From an uncultured Elusimicrobia bacterium (GTDB lineage Bacteria > Elusimicrobiota > Elusimicrobia > 2-01-FULL-59-12), in NCBI GenBank assembly GCA_964604825.1, contig CAZSAL010000015.1, positions 18,291 to 42,290 on the forward strand: 24,000 nt of DNA, in the 5' to 3' direction. Below the pieces are notes generated by a model. The model ran no database searches. It was given only the letters and a program-made list of their open reading frames with translations, and was not told the DNA's origin. A program made the translations under genes and the position numbers. Positions 8,028 to 15,519 of this stretch are shown one piece after another (positions within the stretch are counted from its first letter, which is position 1; each line of letters begins with the position of its first letter).

Positions 8028-9004
8028 TACCTGCCGGCGTACCGGATTCTCGGGTCCGCATAAGCGTATAAAATATCAGCCAGCAGATTGCCCAGCACGG
8101 TTAAAAGCGCCGAAATCACCGTTATGGCCATGACCAGATTGTAGTCACGGGTCATAATTGCTTCATACCCGAGCCGGCCCATGCCCGGATAAGCAAAGAT
8201 TGTTTCGATGATCACCCCCCCGCCGATCAGGTCGGGGATCATCAGGCCGAACATCGTGAGCAGAGGGATCAGGGCGTTGCGCGCCGCATGAACGCCGTAA
8301 ACCCGCCAGTTGGAAAGGCCCTTGGCTTTCGCCGTACGGATAAAATCCTGGTGAACAACCTCCAGCATGCTGTTGCGCATGTATCTTGAAAGCCCGGCCA
8401 GATCGGTCAGTCCCAGGACCAGCGTCGGCAGAACAAGATGGCGGGCCATGTCCAGCATGCGGGCGGTCAAAGGCATAGGCATAAAAGAAAGCGACCTCAG
8501 CCCTGAGATAGGCAGCCATCCGAGCTCCAGTCCGAAAATAATCATCAGGAGCAGCGCCAGGGCATAGGTTGGTACGGAAAAACCCAGAAAAACAAAAACG
8601 GTAGAGGCTTTATCGAACCAGCTGTTGGCTTTAACCGCAGATATGGCTCCTATGGGTACGGCCACAAGGAACATGAAAAGGATGGAAAGGATGTTCAGGA
8701 GCAGCGTCGCCGGAAGGCGTTCGGCGATTTTCCGCAGCACCGGGCGGCCGTCGTTGAACGATTTGCCGAAATCAAACCGCGCCATGCGTCCCGCCCAGCG
8801 CGCATACTGCACCGGGATGGGCTGGTCAAACCCCATATCGTGGCTGATGCGCTGTTTTACTTCGGGCGTCACATGCGGGTTTAGATCCGCAATTTGGTCG
8901 ATCGGACCCCCCGGAGCCAGCTGTATGAGAAAAAAGCTGATGATGGAAATCCCGATCAAAGTGGGAATGACCTGCAGCAGGCGGCGGAGAAGGTAAGGGA
9001 TCAC
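8027..9004 (-). CDS. Peptide-type ABC transporter permease (OppB/DppB-like)
   Basis: The ORF track gives 8027-9052. I prefer the GTG at 9004-9002, which overlaps the upstream SBP stop as GTGA and yields the canonical N-terminus (M)IPYLLRRLLQVIPTLIG. The C-terminus is YADPRIRYAGR. The stop TAG (8029-8027) lies inside the terminal repeat unit. Confidence 0.88.
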   Translation of the reverse strand: MIPYLLRRLLQVIPTLIGISIISFFLIQLAPGGPIDQIADLNPHVTPEVKQRISHDMGFDQPIPVQYARWAGRMARFDFGKSFNDGRPVLRKIAERLPATLLLNILSILFMFLVAVPIGAISAVKANSWFDKASTVFVFLGFSVPTYALALLLMIIFGLELGWLPISGLRSLSFMPMPLTARMLDMARHLVLPTLVLGLTDLAGLSRYMRNSMLEVVHQDFIRTAKAKGLSNWRVYGVHAARNALIPLLTMFGLMIPDLIGGGVIIETIFAYPGMGRLGYEAIMTRDYNLVMAITVISALLTVLGNLLADILYAYADPRIRYAGR

Positions 9005-10707
9005 TGGATCATCTCCGTCTTGTAGCGCTGCAGTTTTTCCGGGACATACCACTGCCAGAAATTCCAGCCCAGGCCCGCAGGCGCAACTTCGGGCCCGATG
9101 AAGCGTTTATGAACGGCCTGCAGCTCGTCCGGCGAATACAGAAATACGTAAGGCAGATCCGCCGCAATCAATTCGTGCGCGCGCCAGTAAATTTCCTGGC
9201 GCTTTTTCTGGTCGAAAGTCTCCCTTCCTTCCACGAGCAGCCGGTCAACCTCCTTGTTCGAATAGCCGCAGAAATTGTACTGGCCTTCCTTCTGCTGGGA
9301 AGAATGCCACATGGCATAGATGTCGGGATCGCGTCCAAGCTGCCAGCCCATGACGAGGGCCTCGAAATCTTTCTTGTCAATGTAGTTCCGGATAAATGTC
9401 GACCATTCCATGATGCGGATGCGGACTTCGATTCCCACCCGGCCAAGCTGCTGCTGAATGACTTCCGAGCAGAGCTGCCGCACCTTGTTGCCCTGATTGG
9501 TCATGATCGTGAAAGAAAATACCCGGCCGTCCTTTTGCAGCCAGCCGCCTGGACCGGGACGCCATCCCGCTTCATCCAGCAGCCTCCTGGCGCGGGACGG
9601 ATCATAGGGAGGCGGAGTAACATGGGGGTTGTAAGCCCAGGACATTATGGCGAAGGGGCCGCTGATAGGCTGCCCCAGGCCGAGCTGCAGTCCCTGGACC
9701 AGAGCATTGCGGTCAATCGACAAGGCGATGGCCTCGCGAACGCGCCGGTCCTGGAACAAAGGATTTTTCAGGTTGAACCCTAGATAGACGTAGCGGAATG
9801 CCGGATAACGGAAGCGGTTGTGATGCGCGAAAATGGCGTCATAAGCCTTGTACTGATCCGGCGTCAGGGTCATTGCGTCGATGGACTGGTTTCTCAGCTC
9901 GAGGAATTCCACCGCCTGATCCGGAATAATGCGGTAGATATATTTCTGAATATAAGGCCGTCCCAGGAAGTAATCGGGATTTGCTTCGAGAAGGATGTAC
10001 TGATCGGTCTTCCATTCCTTGAACCGGAACGGCCCTGTGCCGATCGGCGCCCGGTTGGCGTGGTGCGTGTTGAAGTCTTCGGGGTTATGTGCGTTTTCAA
10101 AAACATGCCTGGGAATTATTCCCATTCCCCAGGAAGCAAGACCGGGAGCGAAGGGCTTTTTGTATACGACGCGTACCGTATAAGGATCAGGCGCTTTGAC
10201 GGACTCGACGTCGTCAAAATCACTGGCATAGGGAGTATGCACGCGCGGATCGCGCAGTTTTTCGTAAGTGAACAGGACGTCGTCTGCGGAAAAAGGCGCG
10301 CCGTCGTGCCAGCGGACGTTCCTGCGCAGGTGAAACACTATTACCAGGCCCTTCTTTTTTATTTCCCACGATTCCGCCAGATCGCCTGCGAGGTTCAGAT
10401 CTTTGTCGTATTTGACCAGCCCGTTGAACACCTGGTTGTTGATGTCATTGGAGGCGGAGTCGGACGCGAGAACAGGGTTCAGCATGCTTGCGTCGCCGAT
10501 GGAGCTGTCGGCGTAGGCGTCGCCGTACGCGGGGGCGGGAGTGTCAGCCGCCTGCAGCGGAGATGTCAAAATGCAGAAAGAAATCAAGCCGGTAATTGAC
10601 ACAATTCGTCGTCCCGGCAAGCCGTAGGCCGGGACCCAGGTGTTTTTCCTTAATGATAGGCCCCGGCCTGAAGCCTGCCGGGGCGACGATAAAGGATGTA
10701 AGTTCAT
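9001..10707 (-). CDS. ABC transporter substrate-binding protein, family 5 (oligopeptide/dipeptide/nickel type)
   Basis: 568-aa ORF with an N-terminal signal-like segment ITGLISFCILTSPLQA. Size and sequence pattern fit OppA/DppA-type binding proteins. Its start overlaps the upstream M16 stop as ATGA (10704-10707). Confidence 0.85.
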   Translation of the reverse strand: MNLHPLSSPRQASGRGLSLRKNTWVPAYGLPGRRIVSITGLISFCILTSPLQAADTPAPAYGDAYADSSIGDASMLNPVLASDSASNDINNQVFNGLVKYDKDLNLAGDLAESWEIKKKGLVIVFHLRRNVRWHDGAPFSADDVLFTYEKLRDPRVHTPYASDFDDVESVKAPDPYTVRVVYKKPFAPGLASWGMGIIPRHVFENAHNPEDFNTHHANRAPIGTGPFRFKEWKTDQYILLEANPDYFLGRPYIQKYIYRIIPDQAVEFLELRNQSIDAMTLTPDQYKAYDAIFAHHNRFRYPAFRYVYLGFNLKNPLFQDRRVREAIALSIDRNALVQGLQLGLGQPISGPFAIMSWAYNPHVTPPPYDPSRARRLLDEAGWRPGPGGWLQKDGRVFSFTIMTNQGNKVRQLCSEVIQQQLGRVGIEVRIRIMEWSTFIRNYIDKKDFEALVMGWQLGRDPDIYAMWHSSQQKEGQYNFCGYSNKEVDRLLVEGRETFDQKKRQEIYWRAHELIAADLPYVFLYSPDELQAVHKRFIGPEVAPAGLGWNFWQWYVPEKLQRYKTEMIQ

Positions 10708-11939
10708 TTCGGTGTTATCTCAATGGTCACGCGCGGCTGTCCGAGGAGGTCGCGTGCAAGATTCCGAAGCTGGCCGGGAGTAATCTGTTCGAGCTGCCGC
10801 AGGAAGCGATGCCCGTAGGAGACATCCCTCCCGAGAAATGTCCACCATGCGGCGTACCAGGCCTGCCGCCGCCGTGTCTGCAGTTCCATGAGGTAGGAAC
10901 CCCTGATCATTTTGATCGCCTGACGGACTTCTTCCCGGCTGGGAGGTTTGCTCTGGAGATCTTCCAGGATTTGTTCAAGCATCTGTCTCGCCCGCGGCAG
11001 CTTGTTCGGAGGAAGACCGAGATAGAATACCCACTGGCTGGTAAAAAGCCTGGTAGGAAAAAATGAAGAGACTTCGTAAGCCAGCCCGGCTTCCTCGCGC
11101 AGCTTAAGGAAAAGCCGGGAACTCATGCCGCCTCCAACCAGAGTGTTCAGAACCTTAAGCTGAGCGTAACGCAGGTCCGTTGCGCCGGGTGCGGAGACTC
11201 CCGTCATCAGGTAAGCCTGTTCAAAGTCGGCCTTGACGGAAACTTCCGTTTCTTCGACTGACGGCAGGGCTGCGCGCAGCGGTTCGCGCAGAGGGATATT
11301 CGACCGCCATGCGCTGAAGCTTTGTTCAAGCAGCCTTTTCACCCCGCGAGTAGGCAGTGAGGAAACGATGGAGAGAATAGATCGCTTGGGAAGGAAATGG
11401 CCCTTGTACCAGTGGACAATCTGACGACGGCTGAAGGACCGGACGGTTTCCTTTTTCCCTTCGGTAGGCCAGCTGTATGGATGCGTCCCGTAAAAGATGG
11501 AATTAAACCGGTCATATGCTTTGTTAAAGATCGTATCGGTCCGGCTTTGCAGGTCTGCGAGAATATGTTCGCGTTCTTTTTCAATTTCGTAGGGAAGAAA
11601 TCTGGGATGCGCAAGGACGTCAACCAGCACCGCAAGCGCCTTGTCGAGTTTGGCCATCGGCGCGGTGAACCCGAATTCCGTGAAATCCTCAGAGGCATGA
11701 CAGCTGAGAGACGCGCCTATCGATTCCATTTCATAGGCGATCTGGTGCGCGGAACGGCGGCGTGTCCCCTGCAGAAGGATTTCAGCGGTGAGATTTGCGA
11801 TCCCCGACTGCGCCGGAGATTCGTCGATGCTTCCTGTGCGCAGCAGGAGCGTCGCGGCGGCCAGCGGTATTCCCGGGCTTTCCTGGTAAAGGACCTTCAT
11901 GCCGTCGGGATGAGTCCATTGTGAGCGTTTGATAGCCAT
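10704..11939 (-). CDS. M16-family peptidase homologue lacking the zinc-binding motif (probable non-catalytic partner subunit)
   Basis: 411-aa ORF with M16 architecture. The position of the HxxEH motif reads GIANLTAEILLQGT, with no His or Glu ligands. It begins 1 nt after the stop of the active M16 gene. Confidence 0.75.
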   Translation of the reverse strand: MAIKRSQWTHPDGMKVLYQESPGIPLAAATLLLRTGSIDESPAQSGIANLTAEILLQGTRRRSAHQIAYEMESIGASLSCHASEDFTEFGFTAPMAKLDKALAVLVDVLAHPRFLPYEIEKEREHILADLQSRTDTIFNKAYDRFNSIFYGTHPYSWPTEGKKETVRSFSRRQIVHWYKGHFLPKRSILSIVSSLPTRGVKRLLEQSFSAWRSNIPLREPLRAALPSVEETEVSVKADFEQAYLMTGVSAPGATDLRYAQLKVLNTLVGGGMSSRLFLKLREEAGLAYEVSSFFPTRLFTSQWVFYLGLPPNKLPRARQMLEQILEDLQSKPPSREEVRQAIKMIRGSYLMELQTRRRQAWYAAWWTFLGRDVSYGHRFLRQLEQITPGQLRNLARDLLGQPRVTIEITPK

Positions 11940-11940
11940 G

Positions 11941-13275
11941 TTAATTTTCCACTACCGCGCTGGACAGGGCGTCTGGATGAAAGTACCTGTTTATCACGGG
12001 CTTCAGCTGAGAACCCGTCAGGCCGGCAATCTTATCAACGTAATTTTCCAGCCGGTCCAGCCTGTCTTCGACGGCAAAAAGGCCGATGATCGAAGCCTGA
12101 TTATGATAGCTTTCAAAACTTTGGAGCCATGAGTTTAGAATAATATTTTTTGCCCGTTCTATTTCATGTCTCGCGGGAGGCCGGCGAAGCAGCATGGAAA
12201 AATGCCCTCCAATTTCCCGGCCCAACAGGGCCCTTTTTTGAGGATCGCATTCGGCGAAGATCGCAAAAATTCCCGGTCCCTCATGCGTGATATTCCCGGC
12301 GTGAATGGACCATGCGATTTTCTTTTTCTCCCGCAGGGAGGAGACAAGGCGTGAACTGCGGCCTTCCCCAAGGATCGTAGCCAGCAGATCAAGCGCCTCG
12401 TGATCGGCGCTGGACGACGGCGGCGTCGGCAGGGCCAGGGCCAGATAGGACTGCTTGACGGGTTTCTTGATTTTTAAATCCCGCATTGCGGGCCTGCTCG
12501 CGGCAAGTTGAGGTCTTTGAACTTCCCGGCCTGCGGGCATTCCGCGGAATGCGGTTGTAATCCAGGCCAGCATTTTCCGGGGGTTCAAATCTCCGGCGGC
12601 GACAAGGATGCAGCGGGCTGCGTTGTATCGATCGTGGTAATATCCGGCCAGTTCCTCACGGGACAGGTTCTTCACTGTTTCCGGCGTCCCGATTACGGGG
12701 CGGCTGAGCCGCCGTTCGGAATAAATCGCCTGACTCAGCAGATCCCATAACAGCGCGTCAGGGTCGTCATTCCTGCGCTTCATTTCTTCCAGAATAACAA
12801 AGCGCTCGCGCTGCCATTCTTCCGGAGGAAAAGTTGCACGGTGCATCATCTCGCCCAGCAGGGAAATCGCTTCCCGGGAGCCTGCGCTGGGCAGATCGAC
12901 GAAGTAATGGGTATATTCCCGCGAAGTCTCGGCATTAAGTGAGCCGCCAAGGGATTCCATCCAGCGGGATATGCCTGAAGCCGCATGCCGGTCGGTTCCT
13001 TTAAAGACCATATGCTCCAGGGCATGAGATATCCCCGCCTGTGATTCTTCTTCGTCTATGGATCCGGCGCGCAGCCAGGTTTGAATGGATACCAGCGGCC
13101 AGGAGTGATCTTCTTTTAAATAAACGCGCAATCCGTTGGAAAGGCGGTAGGTGTGAAGCTGATCCAGCGGTGAGAAAGACTTTGACGTCGGAAAACTCCG
13201 CGCGATCCTAGATTGAGGTGGTGACCAGCGTTTCGGTCGAGGCGACGCCCGGTACGGCGCGTATCTTCCCGACAA
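11941..13275 (-). CDS. M16-family zinc metallopeptidase (pitrilysin/insulinase type), catalytic subunit
   Basis: Inverted zincin motif HxxEH in GISHALEHMVFKGT; N-terminal strand YRLSNGLRVYLKE. The only in-frame canonical start is TTG at 13275. It has no SD and overlaps the upstream gene by 68 nt, so the 5' end is uncertain. Confidence 0.8.
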   Translation of the reverse strand: MSGRYAPYRASPRPKRWSPPQSRIARSFPTSKSFSPLDQLHTYRLSNGLRVYLKEDHSWPLVSIQTWLRAGSIDEEESQAGISHALEHMVFKGTDRHAASGISRWMESLGGSLNAETSREYTHYFVDLPSAGSREAISLLGEMMHRATFPPEEWQRERFVILEEMKRRNDDPDALLWDLLSQAIYSERRLSRPVIGTPETVKNLSREELAGYYHDRYNAARCILVAAGDLNPRKMLAWITTAFRGMPAGREVQRPQLAASRPAMRDLKIKKPVKQSYLALALPTPPSSSADHEALDLLATILGEGRSSRLVSSLREKKKIAWSIHAGNITHEGPGIFAIFAECDPQKRALLGREIGGHFSMLLRRPPARHEIERAKNIILNSWLQSFESYHNQASIIGLFAVEDRLDRLENYVDKIAGLTGSQLKPVINRYFHPDALSSAVVEN

Positions 13276-13441
13276 CGACGTTGGTCATTGTGTGCAGATC
13301 TGCGGCTTCGATGTCGGCGACGATGTCCCAGCGTCCAAAAACGGCCGATAAATGCGAGACGCCTTTGATGTCTTTCAGCTTCGCCATGGTGAGTTTTTCG
13401 CGTCCGGCTGCCAAGCGGATTAAAACCAAACCTGTGATCAT
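13208..13441 (-). CDS. Stand-alone Lrp/AsnC-type ligand-binding (RAM) domain protein, no DNA-binding domain
   Basis: 77-aa ORF (MITGLVLIRL...VSHLSAVFGRWDIVADIEAADLHTMTNVVVGKIRAVPGVASTETLV) matches the beta-alpha-beta-beta-alpha-beta RAM pattern. A strong SD, GGGAGGG, lies upstream of the ATG. Confidence 0.7.
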   Translation of the reverse strand: MITGLVLIRLAAGREKLTMAKLKDIKGVSHLSAVFGRWDIVADIEAADLHTMTNVVVGKIRAVPGVASTETLVTTSI

Positions 13442-13483
13442 GATTTTCCCTCCCGTTTATCCGCCAATAACTCAGTGGCGGGT

Positions 13484-13828
13484 TTAAGTTATTTTAGAGT
13501 TCCGTCTTCGAACGCCGCCAAGATATGCGTCAATGACGCCGTATACCCACAATATGCCCAACATGGCTTCGTAGGTATAAAAAGTGAATGTGTGATCCTT
13601 TACGATATGGCCCTCGATAATCTGGCGCAGCATATTACGGTCTACGGAATTTATATCTGCAGGAAGGTAAACCAGCGCCGCCCGGCTCAGCCAGATGGAG
13701 AATGCCATCAGGATGCCCAGGCTTGCAAGAATAAGCAGGCTGCCTTTCTTAAATTCCCTGTTGAAAAGCTGGCCTACGCCAGGGCCAAGCAAAAGCGACA
13801 ACAGGACAGGGATGAGAATTAATGTCAT
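13484..13828 (-). CDS. Small membrane protein, function unknown
   Basis: 114-aa ORF with hydrophobic segments at the N-terminus (LILIPVLLSLLLGPGVGQLF), middle (SLLILASLGILMAFSIWL) and C-terminus (AMLGILWVYGVIDAYL). I do not recognise a family. Confidence 0.55.
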   Translation of the reverse strand: MTLILIPVLLSLLLGPGVGQLFNREFKKGSLLILASLGILMAFSIWLSRAALVYLPADINSVDRNMLRQIIEGHIVKDHTFTFYTYEAMLGILWVYGVIDAYLGGVRRRNSKIT

Positions 13829-13858
13829 TTCTACGAAATTATATTAAATCAGACAGTT

Positions 13859-14470
13859 TTACGTTGCCAAACTTCCGATAAGCGCCAATGCCAGCGCTGC
13901 CGCGGCGATAATCGCCAGGGATAGAAGCAGCGCCAGCAATATCAGGAACGGACTGACGGCGGCCGCTGTTGCCGCCCAGCGCGGCCACAAAGTAGTCCGC
14001 TGAAGGCCGTTGATCGCTCGGAGCAGGACAAGGATCGCTGCCGCGGCCTTTGCCAGGCCGAAAACGACAAACCCTCCAGGCAGCGGACGGGTTATGATCG
14101 CGGCGGGAAGCAGGAGGTGCAAAGGAGCTGCGGCTTGAGCGCTTATCTCAAACAATATTTTGTAGGGGATGGTTTTAACCGTTCGGACGATCAGCATGAG
14201 TATTACAAAAAACGATCCGGCAACCAGGAAATTAATCAGGAAGGAAGTCCATAAAATATTCCACGAAGAAAAAATATTATGTGAATCTTGAATCGCATAG
14301 GCTCCCGCGAGGGACGCGGCAAAAACGGCGGCCAAAAGCTGGCAGCAAAGGTTCCAATATGAATGATTTTGAGAACCGTACTCGTTAGTTCCCGGAGCGA
14401 TGATCCAGTCCCATGCGGCGGTCCCGATCATGCCGCCGCCTTTTTGTACGCCGGAAGCGGGTTGCGCCAT
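13859..14470 (-). CDS. Polytopic membrane protein (possibly Yip1-like), function unknown
   Basis: The ORF track gives 13859-14533, whose first 44 nt overlap sppA. Internal ATGs at 14470 and 14431 avoid the overlap, and 14431 has AAGG upstream. There are four to five hydrophobic helices rich in Ala and Leu. The start is uncertain. Confidence 0.5.
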   Translation of the reverse strand: MAQPASGVQKGGGMIGTAAWDWIIAPGTNEYGSQNHSYWNLCCQLLAAVFAASLAGAYAIQDSHNIFSSWNILWTSFLINFLVAGSFFVILMLIVRTVKTIPYKILFEISAQAAAPLHLLLPAAIITRPLPGGFVVFGLAKAAAAILVLLRAINGLQRTTLWPRWAATAAAVSPFLILLALLLSLAIIAAAALALALIGSLAT

Positions 14471-14489
14471 AAGCAAGGAAACGGTGGGA

Positions 14490-15413
14490 TCATTGCAGCC
14501 GGTATTCGAGGGATATGCCGGTTTCGCTTTCATGCAGCCAGGGAATAAGGTTGGCCCACCGGCTTGAAATAAGCTGCATCATTGAAAGCAGGGAATGGGT
14601 TTCGTCAGTGTAAATTTGCGGATTCTCCGGAAGATCGGCCATATCGATGGCGAGTTTTATGGCGTCACGGCTGTTGCCAAGCTGGTCGACAAGACCCGCG
14701 GCAAGCGCCTGGCGTCCGGTAAAAATGCGGCCGTCCGCCAGAGCCTTAACCTTTTCGATGGGCATGCGGCGGCCCTGCGACACGGCGTCTGTGAACTGGT
14801 TATAGGCGTCATTAATGGAAGCCTGGAGCATCTGCCGTTCTTCAATGGTTAACGGCCGGGCGGGAGAGCCGATATCCTTGTGTGCGCCGCTTTTAATGAC
14901 CTGTAATTTGACTCCCAGTTTTTCAAAGAGCCCTTCCAGATTACCGAATTCCAGAATGACGCCGATGCTGCCTGTAATCGACCCGGGATCGGCAACAATT
15001 CGATCCGCGGCAGAGGCGAGATAATAACCTCCGGAAGCCGCAACATCGCCCATGGAAGCGATCACCTTTTTCCCCTTGGTTTTACAGCGAATAATTTCCG
15101 TGTAGATTTCCTGAACGGCGCCGACAGATCCGCCGGGAGAATTGATCCGCAGGAGCACGGCTTTAATATCATCGTCTTCGGAAATTTTGTGCAGGCGGCG
15201 AACGATCTCGTCGGTATCCGGTCCTCCCCATCCGGTCGATGTTTCGCGCGTATGAATAAGTCCGTAAATGTGCACAATGGCAAGAGCGCCTTTTTTACCT
15301 CTTCCCAAATGAAAAAGAGATTTTGGAAGGAGCGAAAACAGCGCAATAAGAGTCGCCGAGAGGTAGAAGATCCAGAGCAGCTTGAGAAATAATTCTTGTT
15401 TAGAACTTTGCAT
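14490..15413 (-). CDS. sppA: Signal peptide peptidase SppA, 36K type (S49 family)
   Basis: S49 motifs RINSPGGSVGA and GDVAASGGYYLASAAD (Ser nucleophile), plus GSIGV. There is one N-terminal TM (LWIFYLSATLIALFSLL). The track ORF extends to 15482 but that extension reads through a tRNA gene. I use the ATG at 15413 (MQSSKQELF...). Confidence 0.85.
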   Translation of the reverse strand: MQSSKQELFLKLLWIFYLSATLIALFSLLPKSLFHLGRGKKGALAIVHIYGLIHTRETSTGWGGPDTDEIVRRLHKISEDDDIKAVLLRINSPGGSVGAVQEIYTEIIRCKTKGKKVIASMGDVAASGGYYLASAADRIVADPGSITGSIGVILEFGNLEGLFEKLGVKLQVIKSGAHKDIGSPARPLTIEERQMLQASINDAYNQFTDAVSQGRRMPIEKVKALADGRIFTGRQALAAGLVDQLGNSRDAIKLAIDMADLPENPQIYTDETHSLLSMMQLISSRWANLIPWLHESETGISLEYRLQ

Positions 15414-15424
15414 AATCAGCACCC

Positions 15425-15496
15425 TGCCCTTGGCCAGAATCGAACTGGCATCCTCGGCTTCGGAGGCCGGTACTCTATCCATTGAGCTACAAGGGC
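15425..15496 (-). tRNA. tRNA-Arg (anticodon CCG), 72 nt, no encoded 3' CCA
   Basis: Folded by hand: acceptor GCCCTTG/CAAGGGC; D arm GCTC-AATGGATA-GAGT; anticodon arm CCGGC-CTCCGAA-GCCGA (27-43 is a C-A mismatch) with anticodon CCG at plus coordinates 15463-15461; T arm GCCAG-TTCGATT-CTGGC; discriminator A. It is followed by GGGTGC, so CCA is not encoded. Confidence 0.9.
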
Positions 15497-15519
15497 AGGC
15501 TGCCGACGTTTCGGCCGCG

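Noticed and set aside
7852-8029. Repeat array considered as a replication origin or DnaA-box cluster
   Set aside because: TGATACACC matches the DnaA box TTATCCACA at 6 of 9 positions, and an AT-rich palindrome sits between the clusters. However, the site lies inside a co-directional, translationally coupled transporter operon. There is no strand switch and no dnaA or dnaN nearby. It is kept only as a remote possibility (a DnaA-titration-type site) that whole-contig GC-skew analysis could test.
10704-13275. M16 pair plus ABC transporter considered as a RiPP/bacteriocin maturation cluster (like albE/albF in the subtilosin operon)
   Set aside because: There is no precursor-peptide candidate, radical-SAM enzyme or other modification enzyme. 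The transporter is an importer with a substrate-binding protein, not an exporter.
13461-13481. Hairpin CCGCCA-N9-TGGCGG between the 114-aa membrane gene and the RAM-domain gene, considered as a terminator
   Set aside because: It is a 6-bp stem without a U-tract, immediately followed by the SD of the next gene. It is more likely a minor mRNA structure and is not called.
15414-15482. N-terminal extension of the sppA ORF (track ORF 14490-15482)
   Set aside because: The extension is translated straight through the tRNA-Arg gene (15425-15496). The ATG at 15413 gives a normal SppA N-terminus with a TM helix.
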